From Candidatus Micrarchaeaceae archaeon (lineage in GTDB: Archaea; Micrarchaeota; Micrarchaeia; Micrarchaeales; CABMGC01), in contig JAVZVY010000001.1 of the NCBI GenBank assembly GCA_038878295.1, positions 1-64,000 of the forward strand: 64,000 nucleotides of DNA, read 5' to 3'. The notes beneath the pieces were generated by a model. That model was not told where the DNA came from. It saw only the letters and a program-made list of their open reading frames with translations, and made no database searches. Position 1 is the stretch's first letter, and each line of letters opens with the position of its first letter. The position numbers were made by a program, and so were the translations under genes. Positions 1 through 9,210 of the stretch are shown piece by piece.

Positions 1-469
1 CACTGGGGCACGGCACTGCGCTCAGGTATAGCTTGCCAGATTCAAGCGTGCCATACGCTATTGCACGCTGCGGCACTGTGACGTTGCAGATTATTGCTCC
101 GCCGGCCGCGACAAGATTAGGCTTGCACGTTCCTTGCAATTGGCCTATGCTACTTACATTGATAGTTATTGATGGATCTATTACCGGATATGATTGCGTG
201 TTCGTCAGGAAGAGCGCAACCGATGACGAAACAGAATTTGAGCCGAAGACCATGTCTTGGCAGTACGCGCCGCTTACAAAACTGCATACCGGCGGCGCTA
301 TTATCGACGGAACGTATATTAAAAGCACGAGTATGCTTACGATTATTGCTATAATTATCAGCGCCCAGCTGTAGGTAAGCATGTATTCTATTGTTGATTG
401 GCCTTTTGTGTCATCCTTGGAGGCCTTTGCCCTTGTGCGTCCATCAGACCTTTTCGCATGCTCCCGCAT
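1..469 (-). CDS. Type IV pilin-like protein with class III signal peptide (partial, 3' end outside window; not in ORF track)
   Basis: Manual translation from ATG at 469: MREHAKRSDGRTRAKASKDDTKG|QSTIEYMLTYSWALIIIAIIVSILVLL... KG/QxxxE prepilin motif plus a hydrophobic helix, then Cys pairs. The frame stays open to the window edge. Confidence 0.8.
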   Translation of the reverse strand, partial: MREHAKRSDGRTRAKASKDDTKGQSTIEYMLTYSWALIIIAIIVSILVLLIYVPSIIAPPVCSFVSGAYCQDMVFGSNSVSSSVALFLTNTQSYPVIDPSITINVSSIGQLQGTCKPNLVAAGGAIICNVTVPQRAIAYGTLESGKLYLSAVPCPS

Positions 470-589
470 CGGACCACACGCAATAAGAATACTTTATATT
501 AAGATATTTAATGGTATCCAAACAGCGGCCCGCGCTTTCTGCACAACCTTTTTAAACTTTTAAGGGAAAAATAGAAGAAGTGGTTCTGT

Positions 590-2569
590 ATGGAGTATTA
601 CTTCTACACACTGCTAGCTGGCATAGTAGCATTGGCGTTTTCGTTTGCGGCTGCTGTGGCCGTGCTGAAGAAGCCTGAGGGCACAGAGAAGATGAAAGGA
701 GTAGCCAAGGCGATAAACGAGGGCGCAACAGCTTACTTGAACAGGCAGCTTAAGACTATCGCAGTATTTGCGGTAATACTGCTCGTGGTATTTTTCTTCC
801 TCAAGGATGGCGCTTACATAGACGTGGCTTTTATTACTGGTGCGGCAGCATCTTATGCTACTGCCTACCTTGGCATGAATATTGCAGTAAGGGCCAATGT
901 GAGGACAGCGAAGAGCGCAGAGCTTGGAACGCCAAAGGCATTCGGCACAGCAATACTTGGCGGCTCTGTCACCGGCTTTGCGGCTGTCGGCTTTGGCTTA
1001 TTAACCATAAGCCTGCTATTGATGTTTCTTACAATATCAAAAGTCGAACTGCTTATAGGCTATGGGTTCGGCGCTTCCTTAATATCGCTCTTCGCAAGGG
1101 TTGGCGGAGGCATCTATACGAAATCTGCTGATGTTGGTGCAGACCTTGTTGGAAAAACTGAGCTAGGCCTGCCTGAAGATGATCCAAGAAACCCTGCCGT
1201 TATTGCTGACAATGTTGGTGACAACGTTGGCGACTGCGCAGGAATGTCAGCTGATGTATTTGAGAGTTATGCGGTTACGCTCGTAGCGGCGCTGCTTATA
1301 GCGTTTGGCATTTCTGCGACAATGGCGCAGTTCAAGTACCCGCTTTACATAGCTGGCATGGGTGTGATAGGCAGTCTTTTCTCGATGCTACTGCTCCGCA
1401 CAAAAGGCGAAAACATAACGCGCACGCTTTACTATGGTATACTTGCAGCGGTAGTAATATCGGCATTGCTTGACCTTTTTGTAACTATTTACTTGAAGCT
1501 GCCGCTTAGCTATTTTGTGGCAGTGCTTTCAGGGCTCGTGCTAGCGATATTGCTATTCTGGTATACGGACCACTTTACCGGAAACGAGAGCAAGTCTGTA
1601 ATAAAGGTTGCTGACGCAGCAAGAGGCGGCGGAGGCACAGACGTGATAATGGGTCTTGCAGTAGGGCTCAGAAGCACATGGCCTTCTGTGGTTTCGGTGG
1701 CAGCTGCAATATTGATAAGCTATTACGCCGCAGGCATATATGGCATAGGAGTGGCCGCAGCGGGAATGCTCTCGCTCACAGCAACGATACTCACTATAGA
1801 TTCATATGGGCCAATAACTGACAATGCAGGAGGTATAGCAGAGATGAGCGGCCTGAATGAAAGCGTTAGAAAAATCACGGACAAACTTGATGCAATCGGC
1901 AACACAACCAAAGCCACTACAAAAGGTTATGCGATAGGCGGCGCGGCACTCTCAGCAATAGCTCTTTTCGTGGCTTTCGCCAACGCTGTGCACCTGCAAG
2001 TCATAGACGCGTTGAATCCCGCAGTAACAATAGGTATATTCGTAGGCGCGTTGTTGCCTTTCATATTTTCATCTTTTCTCATGGAGGCGGTTGGACGCAC
2101 CGCCAACATGATGGTAGATGAGGTAAGAAGGCAGGTCAAAACGATAAAGGGCCTTCTACAAGGCAAGGCGAAACCAGACTATGCTAGGGCCGTTGATATA
2201 GCAACGGTTAACGCACTCAAAGCGCTTGTGCTTCCTGAGGTTGTGGCTCTCGCAACGCCAATAGTGCTCGGCCTTATTTTGGGGAAGGCGGCCCTCGGCG
2301 GCTTGCTTGTAGGCATGATACCTGCAAGCTTTGTAACAGCACTATTCATGGCGAATTCTGGAGCAACTATGGACAATGCCAAGAAGTATGTTGAGGCTGG
2401 CCACTTCGGTGGAAAGGGTAGCGAAACGCACAAGGCTGCAGTAGTTGGCGACACGCTTGGTGACCCTCTCAAGGATACGGCAGGCCCGTCATTAAACTCA
2501 ATGATAAAGGTCATAAGTACTTTGTCGATATTGCTGGCTCCTGTATTCGTGTCTTTTGCATTAATATAG
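590..2569 (+). CDS. hppA: Membrane-bound H+-translocating pyrophosphatase, K+-independent type
   Basis: Motifs GGGIYTKSADVGADLVGK, DNVGDNVGD, GNTTKA and GDTLGDPLKDTAGP; many TM helices. Confidence 0.96.
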   Translation: MEYYFYTLLAGIVALAFSFAAAVAVLKKPEGTEKMKGVAKAINEGATAYLNRQLKTIAVFAVILLVVFFFLKDGAYIDVAFITGAAASYATAYLGMNIAVRANVRTAKSAELGTPKAFGTAILGGSVTGFAAVGFGLLTISLLLMFLTISKVELLIGYGFGASLISLFARVGGGIYTKSADVGADLVGKTELGLPEDDPRNPAVIADNVGDNVGDCAGMSADVFESYAVTLVAALLIAFGISATMAQFKYPLYIAGMGVIGSLFSMLLLRTKGENITRTLYYGILAAVVISALLDLFVTIYLKLPLSYFVAVLSGLVLAILLFWYTDHFTGNESKSVIKVADAARGGGGTDVIMGLAVGLRSTWPSVVSVAAAILISYYAAGIYGIGVAAAGMLSLTATILTIDSYGPITDNAGGIAEMSGLNESVRKITDKLDAIGNTTKATTKGYAIGGAALSAIALFVAFANAVHLQVIDALNPAVTIGIFVGALLPFIFSSFLMEAVGRTANMMVDEVRRQVKTIKGLLQGKAKPDYARAVDIATVNALKALVLPEVVALATPIVLGLILGKAALGGLLVGMIPASFVTALFMANSGATMDNAKKYVEAGHFGGKGSETHKAAVVGDTLGDPLKDTAGPSLNSMIKVISTLSILLAPVFVSFALI

Positions 2570-2576
2570 TGGTAAA

Positions 2577-3230
2577 ATGGGCTTATTCGAAAATGTGAAG
2601 CGAGGCGCAAATTCGCTCTTTTGCCCTGAAAAGTCAGCTACGGGCAAGCTCAGCATATCGGCATCGCTCAAAATTTACTATCCAATAGCCATAATAAGCA
2701 CAATCATATACATCGCCCTTGCATCAATCATGCATTTTTATGGAATTGTGCCCGGAGGATTCTTAGGCAATTATTACAGCATGATGGGCTATGTGCACGG
2801 CTTCGGCGCCGCTGGTATATTAGGCAAGGCCATAGGGTTTGCGCTCTTCGCCCTAGTGTTAATTCCTATAGGCATCTTCATAAATGCGGCAATATATCAT
2901 GCAGTTGGAAAATATCTGCTCAAGGCGTTCAATGGCACATATGAGAAGACTTTTGCAGCTGCAACGTTCGGCGAGATGCCGCTGGTCCTGTTTTACTGGC
3001 TGACAGCACTGCCGGTTGCCGGCATTGTATTTATAGGGATATTTGCAGTGTGGGGCATAATAGTCTTCATAATAGCGCTCGCGGCCCAGCAGAAGACAAC
3101 AAGAGTATCAAGCGCCGTTGTGCTCTTTGCAACTGTCTTCATTGTGGTGATACTTGCAATGCTATTTGCTGCCCTTTATTCGATTGCGTCTCTTCCTGCA
3201 ACTGTTCCTCCGGGCTACCCATATGCTTGA
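2577..3230 (+). CDS. Yip1-family-like integral membrane protein
   Basis: About 5 hydrophobic segments; the H-x-x-G...G-T-Y-E-K-T-F pattern resembles Yip1 domains. Confidence 0.6.
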   Translation: MGLFENVKRGANSLFCPEKSATGKLSISASLKIYYPIAIISTIIYIALASIMHFYGIVPGGFLGNYYSMMGYVHGFGAAGILGKAIGFALFALVLIPIGIFINAAIYHAVGKYLLKAFNGTYEKTFAAATFGEMPLVLFYWLTALPVAGIVFIGIFAVWGIIVFIIALAAQQKTTRVSSAVVLFATVFIVVILAMLFAALYSIASLPATVPPGYPYA

Positions 3231-3289
3231 TGACCCTGGCAATGTGAAGCATGACGCAGATGCATGTGGCATAAGAATATTGGAAAGAG

Positions 3290-3523
3290 TTGGAAAACGT
3301 GGAGAAAAAAAGCATAGTTTTGCCGGAATGGAGAAGGAAACTTTTAGAACAGCATCTGCTTGCGGCACTTATAACACTTGAATTAGTCCTGAGTGTAGTA
3401 TTTCTTTTAGTGGCATATTTTACGGGAAACATTTACTTTAAAGGAGTCGGAGTTGGATTGGTAATTTCTTGGGTAACAAGTGGCATAGCCTATTTATTCA
3501 AGAAGAAAATGGCGCAACCATAA
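3290..3523 (+). CDS. Small two-TM hypothetical membrane protein
   Basis: 77 aa ORF with two hydrophobic helices and a basic C-terminus; start uncertain. Confidence 0.5.
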   Translation: MENVEKKSIVLPEWRRKLLEQHLLAALITLELVLSVVFLLVAYFTGNIYFKGVGVGLVISWVTSGIAYLFKKKMAQP

Positions 3524-3719
3524 AAATAAAGCTTTTACCTGCTTGTTTTGGCTTGACTGACTTTGCCAGTTCTTGTATGGCTTGCCTTTGTCTTTCGCTA
3601 TATAACTGGTAGTTGATGGATTGGCGTGCCTAGCAACTAGAGGCTAGGACTATGTTGCCATTTATCGCTTTTGCGAAGCATTGCGAAGGTTTATCTCTAT
3701 TTTCATTCATATTTCATAT

Positions 3720-4613
3720 ATGCAGGAAATAATCGTTGATAAGGCTGTGAAGAAATTCGGTAGCACATTGGCCCTTGCTGGGCTGGACTTCGCCGCTTCT
3801 AAAGGAATAAATATAATACTCGGCCCAAATGGCGCGGGCAAAAGCACGCTGCTGCGGTGCATAGACGGCCTTTACAAACTCGATTCTGGAAGTGTAAGTG
3901 TTTTTGGCGTCGACCCCTATATAGACTATAGCATTAGAAGCCGCGTCTCGCTGCTAACAGAAAACTATGCGCTTTATGATGATCTTACAGTAAAAAACAA
4001 TTTCCTCTTTTTTGGAAGGCTTTATGGTTTAGAAGACAGTCACATTATGGAAAAGGCAAAATCTCTGCTCGATATGTTTGACGCTTCTGAATACTTTTTG
4101 TCAAAAGTCAGCACTCTGAGCAGAGGCACTAAGCAGAAGGTAGCTATAGCGAGGGCAATGCTCAATGATCCCAAAGTTCTGCTTCTCGATGAGCCAACTG
4201 CATTTCTAGATATACATGCATCAAATCAAGTGAGAGATTCGCTGGTGGAGTTTGCTAGAAGTGGCGGCTTGGTTGTTTTTGTGACTCAAAGAATAGAGGA
4301 GGTTGCAAAATTCAATGCAAGTATATACGTAATGAGCAGAGGCAGGATTGTAAAGAAAATAGGCGTTGGGAAAGCATTTGATTTGGCCCTAAGGAATGCT
4401 GACATAACGATAAGGTTTGCGAAACCTTTTGATGCATCTAAAATTGCAGGAATGCATCTGAGTGCGACAAAGAGAGGCGCCATTACTGAGATAAAGGTAA
4501 GGGTAAAGACATACAAAGAGATAAATGAAATCGTAAAATCCTTGATAGACAGAGGCGCGTATATAGCTAGCGTGAATTACGCTGAGCCAGAATTGGAGAA
4601 GTTATACGCATGA
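3720..4613 (+). CDS. ABC transporter ATP-binding protein (exporter type)
   Basis: Walker A GPNGAGKST, signature LSRGTKQK, Walker B LLLDEP. Start placed at ATG 3720 (MQEIIV). Confidence 0.92.
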   Translation: MQEIIVDKAVKKFGSTLALAGLDFAASKGINIILGPNGAGKSTLLRCIDGLYKLDSGSVSVFGVDPYIDYSIRSRVSLLTENYALYDDLTVKNNFLFFGRLYGLEDSHIMEKAKSLLDMFDASEYFLSKVSTLSRGTKQKVAIARAMLNDPKVLLLDEPTAFLDIHASNQVRDSLVEFARSGGLVVFVTQRIEEVAKFNASIYVMSRGRIVKKIGVGKAFDLALRNADITIRFAKPFDASKIAGMHLSATKRGAITEIKVRVKTYKEINEIVKSLIDRGAYIASVNYAEPELEKLYA

Positions 4614-4617
4614 TATT

Positions 4618-5394
4618 ATGGATTTAGCAAAGGCAAATGCTATAGCGATAAAGGACATGAAGGAGGTGTTTAGCAGCGTATCTATCTACGGGCCAATGAT
4701 AGGCGTGCCGCTTTTCTTCGCCATAGTGCTCCCGGTGCTTACTTTTTACGTTGCTGAATATGCAGCACCTGGAATAGCAAGCAAATTTGTATCAGCTGTA
4801 AGCGTGCACGCAGTGAGTGTAGGTTCCCTTGCGTTTATGAGCTTTTTCTCAGTAAATATACTTGGGCCTATTTTCCTTACGCTTCCTATAATAACAGCTT
4901 CGGTAATAGCTGCTGATAGCTTCGCAGGTGAAAAAGAGCGCAAAACTGCTGAAGCATTGCTTGCAATGCCGCTCAGCAATTTTGAATTACTTCTTGGCAA
5001 AATACTCGCATCATTTATCCCAACAGTGCTGCTTACATTCGCAATTTTTGCAATTTACGGATTGACGACAAACTACCTATCTTATGCCGCTTTCCACGCA
5101 GTTATACTTCCTACAGCGCCTTGGCTCATGATGATCGCTCTTACGCCATTCCTTGCAATAGCAGCGATAGGCGTCGTGGTGCTTGTGTCTGCACATGTTA
5201 GGGGCGTCAAGGAGGCGCAGCAGATAAGCACTTTGCTTATTCTGCCGCTTCTTGTCATGCCGTTTATGGCTATATTAGGTTTTGTGAGCCTTACAGTAGA
5301 TTTTTTTGTTGAATTGCTTGTGTTCGTAGGGCTAATTGACGTATTTATCGTGTATATCGGCGCAAATAGGTTTGAAAGAGAAAATCTCGTATAA
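4618..5394 (+). CDS. ABC-2 type transporter permease
   Basis: ADSFAGEKERKTAEALLAMP...LLGK motif, about 6 TM helices, directly follows the ATPase. Confidence 0.9.
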   Translation: MDLAKANAIAIKDMKEVFSSVSIYGPMIGVPLFFAIVLPVLTFYVAEYAAPGIASKFVSAVSVHAVSVGSLAFMSFFSVNILGPIFLTLPIITASVIAADSFAGEKERKTAEALLAMPLSNFELLLGKILASFIPTVLLTFAIFAIYGLTTNYLSYAAFHAVILPTAPWLMMIALTPFLAIAAIGVVVLVSAHVRGVKEAQQISTLLILPLLVMPFMAILGFVSLTVDFFVELLVFVGLIDVFIVYIGANRFERENLV

Positions 5395-5500
5395 TCTCAT
5401 CAAACGCGCTTACATGTACGTCCTAGCGCGGCGCAAAAATATATGAGGATATAAAAGACCGATAACAAATTTTAAAAAGCATCTGATTTATTTTCCTATC

Positions 5501-5854
5501 ATGACAGGCAAAAATATCAATAGCCCTAAATCCGATGAAGAAAGCGGCTCAGTAACTCCGCAGGAAGCGGTTAAAAGACTTATAAACTGTTTTGAAACCG
5601 CAAATAGGGAGATAAACGAGGCATTAAATCTTAAGGTGCCGGAGAAAGAATTGAAGGCAAGGGTAAAGATTTTTGTTGGAGACGCATTCAAAAAATGCAA
5701 TGTTGACATAAACAACCCCACCAAGAAAGGCTTGATCGAAGCAATGAACCTCTGCAAAATAAATACAGAAAAGATGCTAGGCAAGGACGCTGAGCCCATA
5801 ATAAAAAAACACTACAAGGAAATGAGCGAAATAATAGAAAGGCTTCCGGATTAG
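5501..5854 (+). CDS. Hypothetical protein
   Basis: 117 aa charged helical ORF with ATG start and an AT-rich upstream region. Confidence 0.65.
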   Translation: MTGKNINSPKSDEESGSVTPQEAVKRLINCFETANREINEALNLKVPEKELKARVKIFVGDAFKKCNVDINNPTKKGLIEAMNLCKINTEKMLGKDAEPIIKKHYKEMSEIIERLPD

Positions 5855-5936
5855 CCGGTTGCTGCAAAATTGTGCGCGACTTGATGGCTCAGTATTATTT
5901 ATCTATGCAAGAATGCTCGAAAAGAAACTTGTGAAA

Positions 5937-6473
5937 TCATTTGCGGGATGATGCCATTGCGTCGAGTAACTTTGCGTGGAATTCTAGCTTATCCAGCAAA
6001 AAATTCCAGATCCTGCCAGAGCTGATAAATTCATCAAATTCCTTCAGGTATGAATAGCTAAGAAACGTCGCCATGCGTTCAGCCGAGTCCATGTCTACGC
6101 TGCCTTTTTTGAATGCTTTGTGGCCCCACACGTATGTAAGCAATCCGCCAGGCATGAGCAACATGCGCGACCAGTTTGCTCTGTATTCCGATATTTCGTG
6201 ACCCCATCCTGACTGGAAGATGGCTAATCCTTCTGTTTCTGGCCATATAAGCCTTCTTGCCTTTTCATATTCCTTTTCACCGGCAAATCTCTTTGCCCAT
6301 TCCATTATCTTTCTCGCGATTGGAAGTTTCTTAGGAAAAAGACTCTCTTCCCGCTCTTTCCACTCTTCTTCCTGTGCCTTCCTTCTTGCATCTGCCTCGG
6401 ATGCCTTCTCACGCAGCACCGCGCTCTTTTTTTCAACTTCGCCCAACTTCTTAATGAATGCTTCGTATGTCAT
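5937..6473 (-). CDS. Hypothetical protein
   Basis: 178 aa ORF with GGTGA SD-like element upstream and a coiled-coil-like N-terminus. Confidence 0.7.
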   Translation of the reverse strand: MTYEAFIKKLGEVEKKSAVLREKASEADARRKAQEEEWKEREESLFPKKLPIARKIMEWAKRFAGEKEYEKARRLIWPETEGLAIFQSGWGHEISEYRANWSRMLLMPGGLLTYVWGHKAFKKGSVDMDSAERMATFLSYSYLKEFDEFISSGRIWNFLLDKLEFHAKLLDAMASSRK

Positions 6474-6534
6474 TCAATTCACCAAATGGTAAGTATTATA
6501 TAGCCAGAACTATATAATAATTTTTGATGAAAAT

Positions 6535-6548
6535 ATTCCTATAGGAAT
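6535..6548. promoter_or_regulatory. Perfect 14-bp palindrome ATTCCTATAGGAAT, candidate operator
   Basis: Lies between a TATA-like element (6510-6519) and the ATG (6556) of an HTH regulator. Confidence 0.45.
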
Positions 6549-6555
6549 TGATATC

Positions 6556-7098
6556 ATGGCATATGTATTGCCAGACATAAAGGAAATTGCCAAAATCAGG
6601 CGGCGGCTCGGTCTCTCGCAGAAGAAGCTTGCCAAAAGCGCGGGCATAAGCCAGTCGCTGCTTGCTAAGATAGAGAGGGGCACTGCAAATCCCTCCTACA
6701 AAGCTATCACAGCTCTCTTTGATGAGTTGGCCAAAGCAGAATCAGCAGATTCTAAGAAGGTCTCAGACATAATGGTAAGAAATGTGATAGTGCTTGATGC
6801 CGGTGAAAGAGTTTCCAATGCAGCGAAACTTGCAAAAGAGTACAGGATCTCCCAGTTTCCGGTGACAAAGAATGGGGTATACATAGGAAGCGTGAGATCT
6901 GTTGACCTGCTTGGTGCGCACAGGGGCGAATCCGTTGCCGCATACGTAAACTCTGATTTCCCGACTGTCGGCGAAGACATGCCGCTGGAGGTGGTATCCA
7001 GCATCATATCTGCCACTGGCTTGCCTGTGGTTGTGCTGTCAAAGGGCAAGGTTGTCGGCATAATAACCGCGGATGACCTGCTTTACAGGAAGGCGTGA
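6556..7098 (+). CDS. XRE-type HTH plus CBS-pair transcriptional regulator
   Basis: N-terminal RRRLGLSQKKLAKSAGISQSLLAKIERG HTH; C-terminal CBS motifs (ISQFPV, VVGIIT..D). Confidence 0.9.
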   Translation: MAYVLPDIKEIAKIRRRLGLSQKKLAKSAGISQSLLAKIERGTANPSYKAITALFDELAKAESADSKKVSDIMVRNVIVLDAGERVSNAAKLAKEYRISQFPVTKNGVYIGSVRSVDLLGAHRGESVAAYVNSDFPTVGEDMPLEVVSSIISATGLPVVVLSKGKVVGIITADDLLYRKA

Positions 7099-7291
7099 CT
7101 ATGCTGCAATGCTGCGCCGAATGGCATTGCACTGCTGTTTATTCTGCGCGCAGTATTGCTGGAAAAAGTCTTTACCTGTTTCTGCCTTATTTCTCACGTA
7201 AATGTTATGAAAGATCGTAGTGCATTTTTATACACATGTACGCATGGTGCCATCAGGCGCAGCTCCGTTTGGGAGCAGCTTGTGTGCGGTT

Positions 7292-7366
7292 CGGGCACGA
7301 CGGGATTTGAACCCGCAACCATCTGGTCCGAAGCCAGACGCGCTGTCCAAGTTGCGCCACGTGCCC
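7292..7366 (-). tRNA. tRNA-Arg(TCG)
   Basis: Reverse complement GGGCACG...TCTGG CT TCG GA CCAGA...GGTTCAAATCC...CGTGCCC G folds into a full cloverleaf; no encoded CCA. Confidence 0.95.
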
Positions 7367-7401
7367 AGTTTGATGCGTGCTAAAAGGCAAAATGCGGCAC
7401 G

Positions 7402-7821
7402 CTATTCCTCTTCCTTCTTGTCTATTATTTCGATGCCGTCAGCGAACTCTTTTTTCATTTTTGAGAATAAGTTTATTATGCCACGCCTATCTTCGTTAGC
7501 TATTGTATTAAAAGCCCAAAATGAGAAAAGATGGTCTGCTATAGAACCACTCAAAACTTCTTCCATATCAGCCTCGCTTATGTTCTTCCAGCCTTCTTCA
7601 AAAGCATTATGAGTCTCTTCTATTATTGCGTCGCGCTCAAAGGGCGCATCGCTATGCAGATAATTGTAAGTCTTCCAGGAGTGGTTTGAGGAAAGTGCTG
7701 CTACAAGCGCTGCCATTTTTTTCATTTGTTCTTCTGAAGCGCTGAGTTCTTTCTTTTTCGATATTTTGCGGATCTCGTTTACAAACAGCTCATACTTAGT
7801 TGAGTTGTTCCTATTCGGCAT
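7402..7821 (-). CDS. Hypothetical protein
   Basis: 139 aa ORF with typical composition and a TATA-like element upstream. Confidence 0.7.
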   Translation of the reverse strand: MPNRNNSTKYELFVNEIRKISKKKELSASEEQMKKMAALVAALSSNHSWKTYNYLHSDAPFERDAIIEETHNAFEEGWKNISEADMEEVLSGSIADHLFSFWAFNTIANEDRRGIINLFSKMKKEFADGIEIIDKKEEE

Positions 7822-8081
7822 GCCATCTACTAATACTTGCGCAAATTAAGATTTAAAATTATCGCATTTCTTTATTTTTGTTATAAATTGGTTTTATTAG
7901 TTTGACCATATGCAAAATAATATGATTTGCCATACTGACAAATTCTGTGCTTGGATCACATCGCGTTAATCAGCCGGTGCGATGCAAGCTCATTCTGAAT
8001 TGCTATGTGCTATTAGATCGAATGACCACATCAGATTCGCCTATGCGGACTTCGCCTTTTAGCTTTTAAATTGAGGCGATA

Positions 8082-8584
8082 GGATGTTGAATTTTAGATG
8101 CTTACCCTTTGAGATAAATCCAATCCCTGAAGCGGGGATGCATTCTCTCTTTTCGAAGGCAAATCCTGTGTACACCAGTGAAGATAAAAACATGAATATA
8201 GCGGCCAGAATTGTGGCAAGGAGTAACGGGCATGCGAAGAAGCATCCAAACGCTACGTTGCATTGGCGGTAAAACAACTGGGAAGCAGCGTTTCTGATAT
8301 GAAACTTGCAGACTCATTTATGGGGTATGAATTGGAAGTATTCTTGATTACAAATGCAAATTCATAGGCTACGCAAAACGTTTGCCTATAGGCGCGTCTT
8401 TTCACGACTGAGGGGTATTCGGGCTTGCAAGGAACAGGTTTGTAAGCATAAAGAAAGTTGCAGTACATGCATTTGCATGCACGATTGCCTACTCGGCGAG
8501 GTACGCATAAATGTCGCGTTGATGTGACATGATTGGAAAACGATAAAAGGCGAACCACATGTTATGATAGAAAACTCAACGCCC
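8082..8584 (+). mobile_element. Degenerate IS relic (IS5/IS4-like DDE family), copy 1
   Basis: Imperfect TIRs GGATGTTGAATTTT / AAAACTCAACGCCC flanked by TA. Contains a frameshifted transposase C-terminus KRLPI(E)RVFSRL..GLARNRFVSIKKVAVHAFACTIAY*. Confidence 0.72.
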
Positions 8585-8720
8585 TAGAAGCGACTTCAAT
8601 GCAAAGTATATAAATGTTAACTTATAGATATTAAACGTAAACATTGCGTAAATTTTTTAACGATGCATTTACGGTTTTGGCTCGTTATTTGCGCGGAATT
8701 ATGTTGGTAATGGTGATAAG

Positions 8721-9143
8721 ATGATAACATCTATGGTAGTGGAGAAGGTTGAAGCAACAAGAAATACGAATGAAAACGTGGCGAACATGCGGTTTAATAT
8801 AAACTTTGATAATGTTTCTGCAGATGGCGACTCCGTAAAGGTTGCATATACTTTCGTTGCGTCTTATGACAGCACTGCCGATGCAAACGCGAAAACCGCA
8901 GGAGAGATAAAAATAATCGGAAGCATACTGTCAAAAGAGAATAAGAAGGACGTGGACAGAATAATTAGCACTTGGAATGAGAAAAAAACGCTGCCGATTG
9001 ACTACGCGGAACTGCTGATAAATGCGATAAATTTCGAATGCGGTTCGAGAGGCACGCTTATTGCATATTCAATAGGGCTTGTACCGCCATTGCCCATCAC
9101 ACGAGCCAAGTTGCAGGAAGCACCTGGAAATTCCGGCAAGTGA
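8721..9143 (+). CDS. Conserved-looking hypothetical protein upstream of polB
   Basis: 140 aa ORF, GGTGA SD, beta-rich N-terminus and a C-terminal GLxPPLP motif. Confidence 0.8.
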   Translation: MITSMVVEKVEATRNTNENVANMRFNINFDNVSADGDSVKVAYTFVASYDSTADANAKTAGEIKIIGSILSKENKKDVDRIISTWNEKKTLPIDYAELLINAINFECGSRGTLIAYSIGLVPPLPITRAKLQEAPGNSGK

Positions 9144-9210
9144 AATCAACGGCGCAGCAGCAGATTTCGGCCAATTTTCCAGCCGTGCCAAGTTCAGCTG
9201 AGAAATTGTT

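Noticed and set aside
2577..7366. Integrated element at tRNA-Arg(TCG)
   Set aside because: Several hypothetical genes lie here, but no integrase and no duplicated tRNA 3' end were found.
7950..7990. Hairpin GCTTG..CATCGC...GCGATG CAAGC as a possible ncRNA
   Set aside because: It is a single imperfect stem with no recognisable family motif; insufficient support.
7822..8720. Replication origin in the long AT-rich intergenic region
   Set aside because: No ORB-like repeats or adjacent orc1/cdc6 gene were seen; most of the region is explained by the IS relic.
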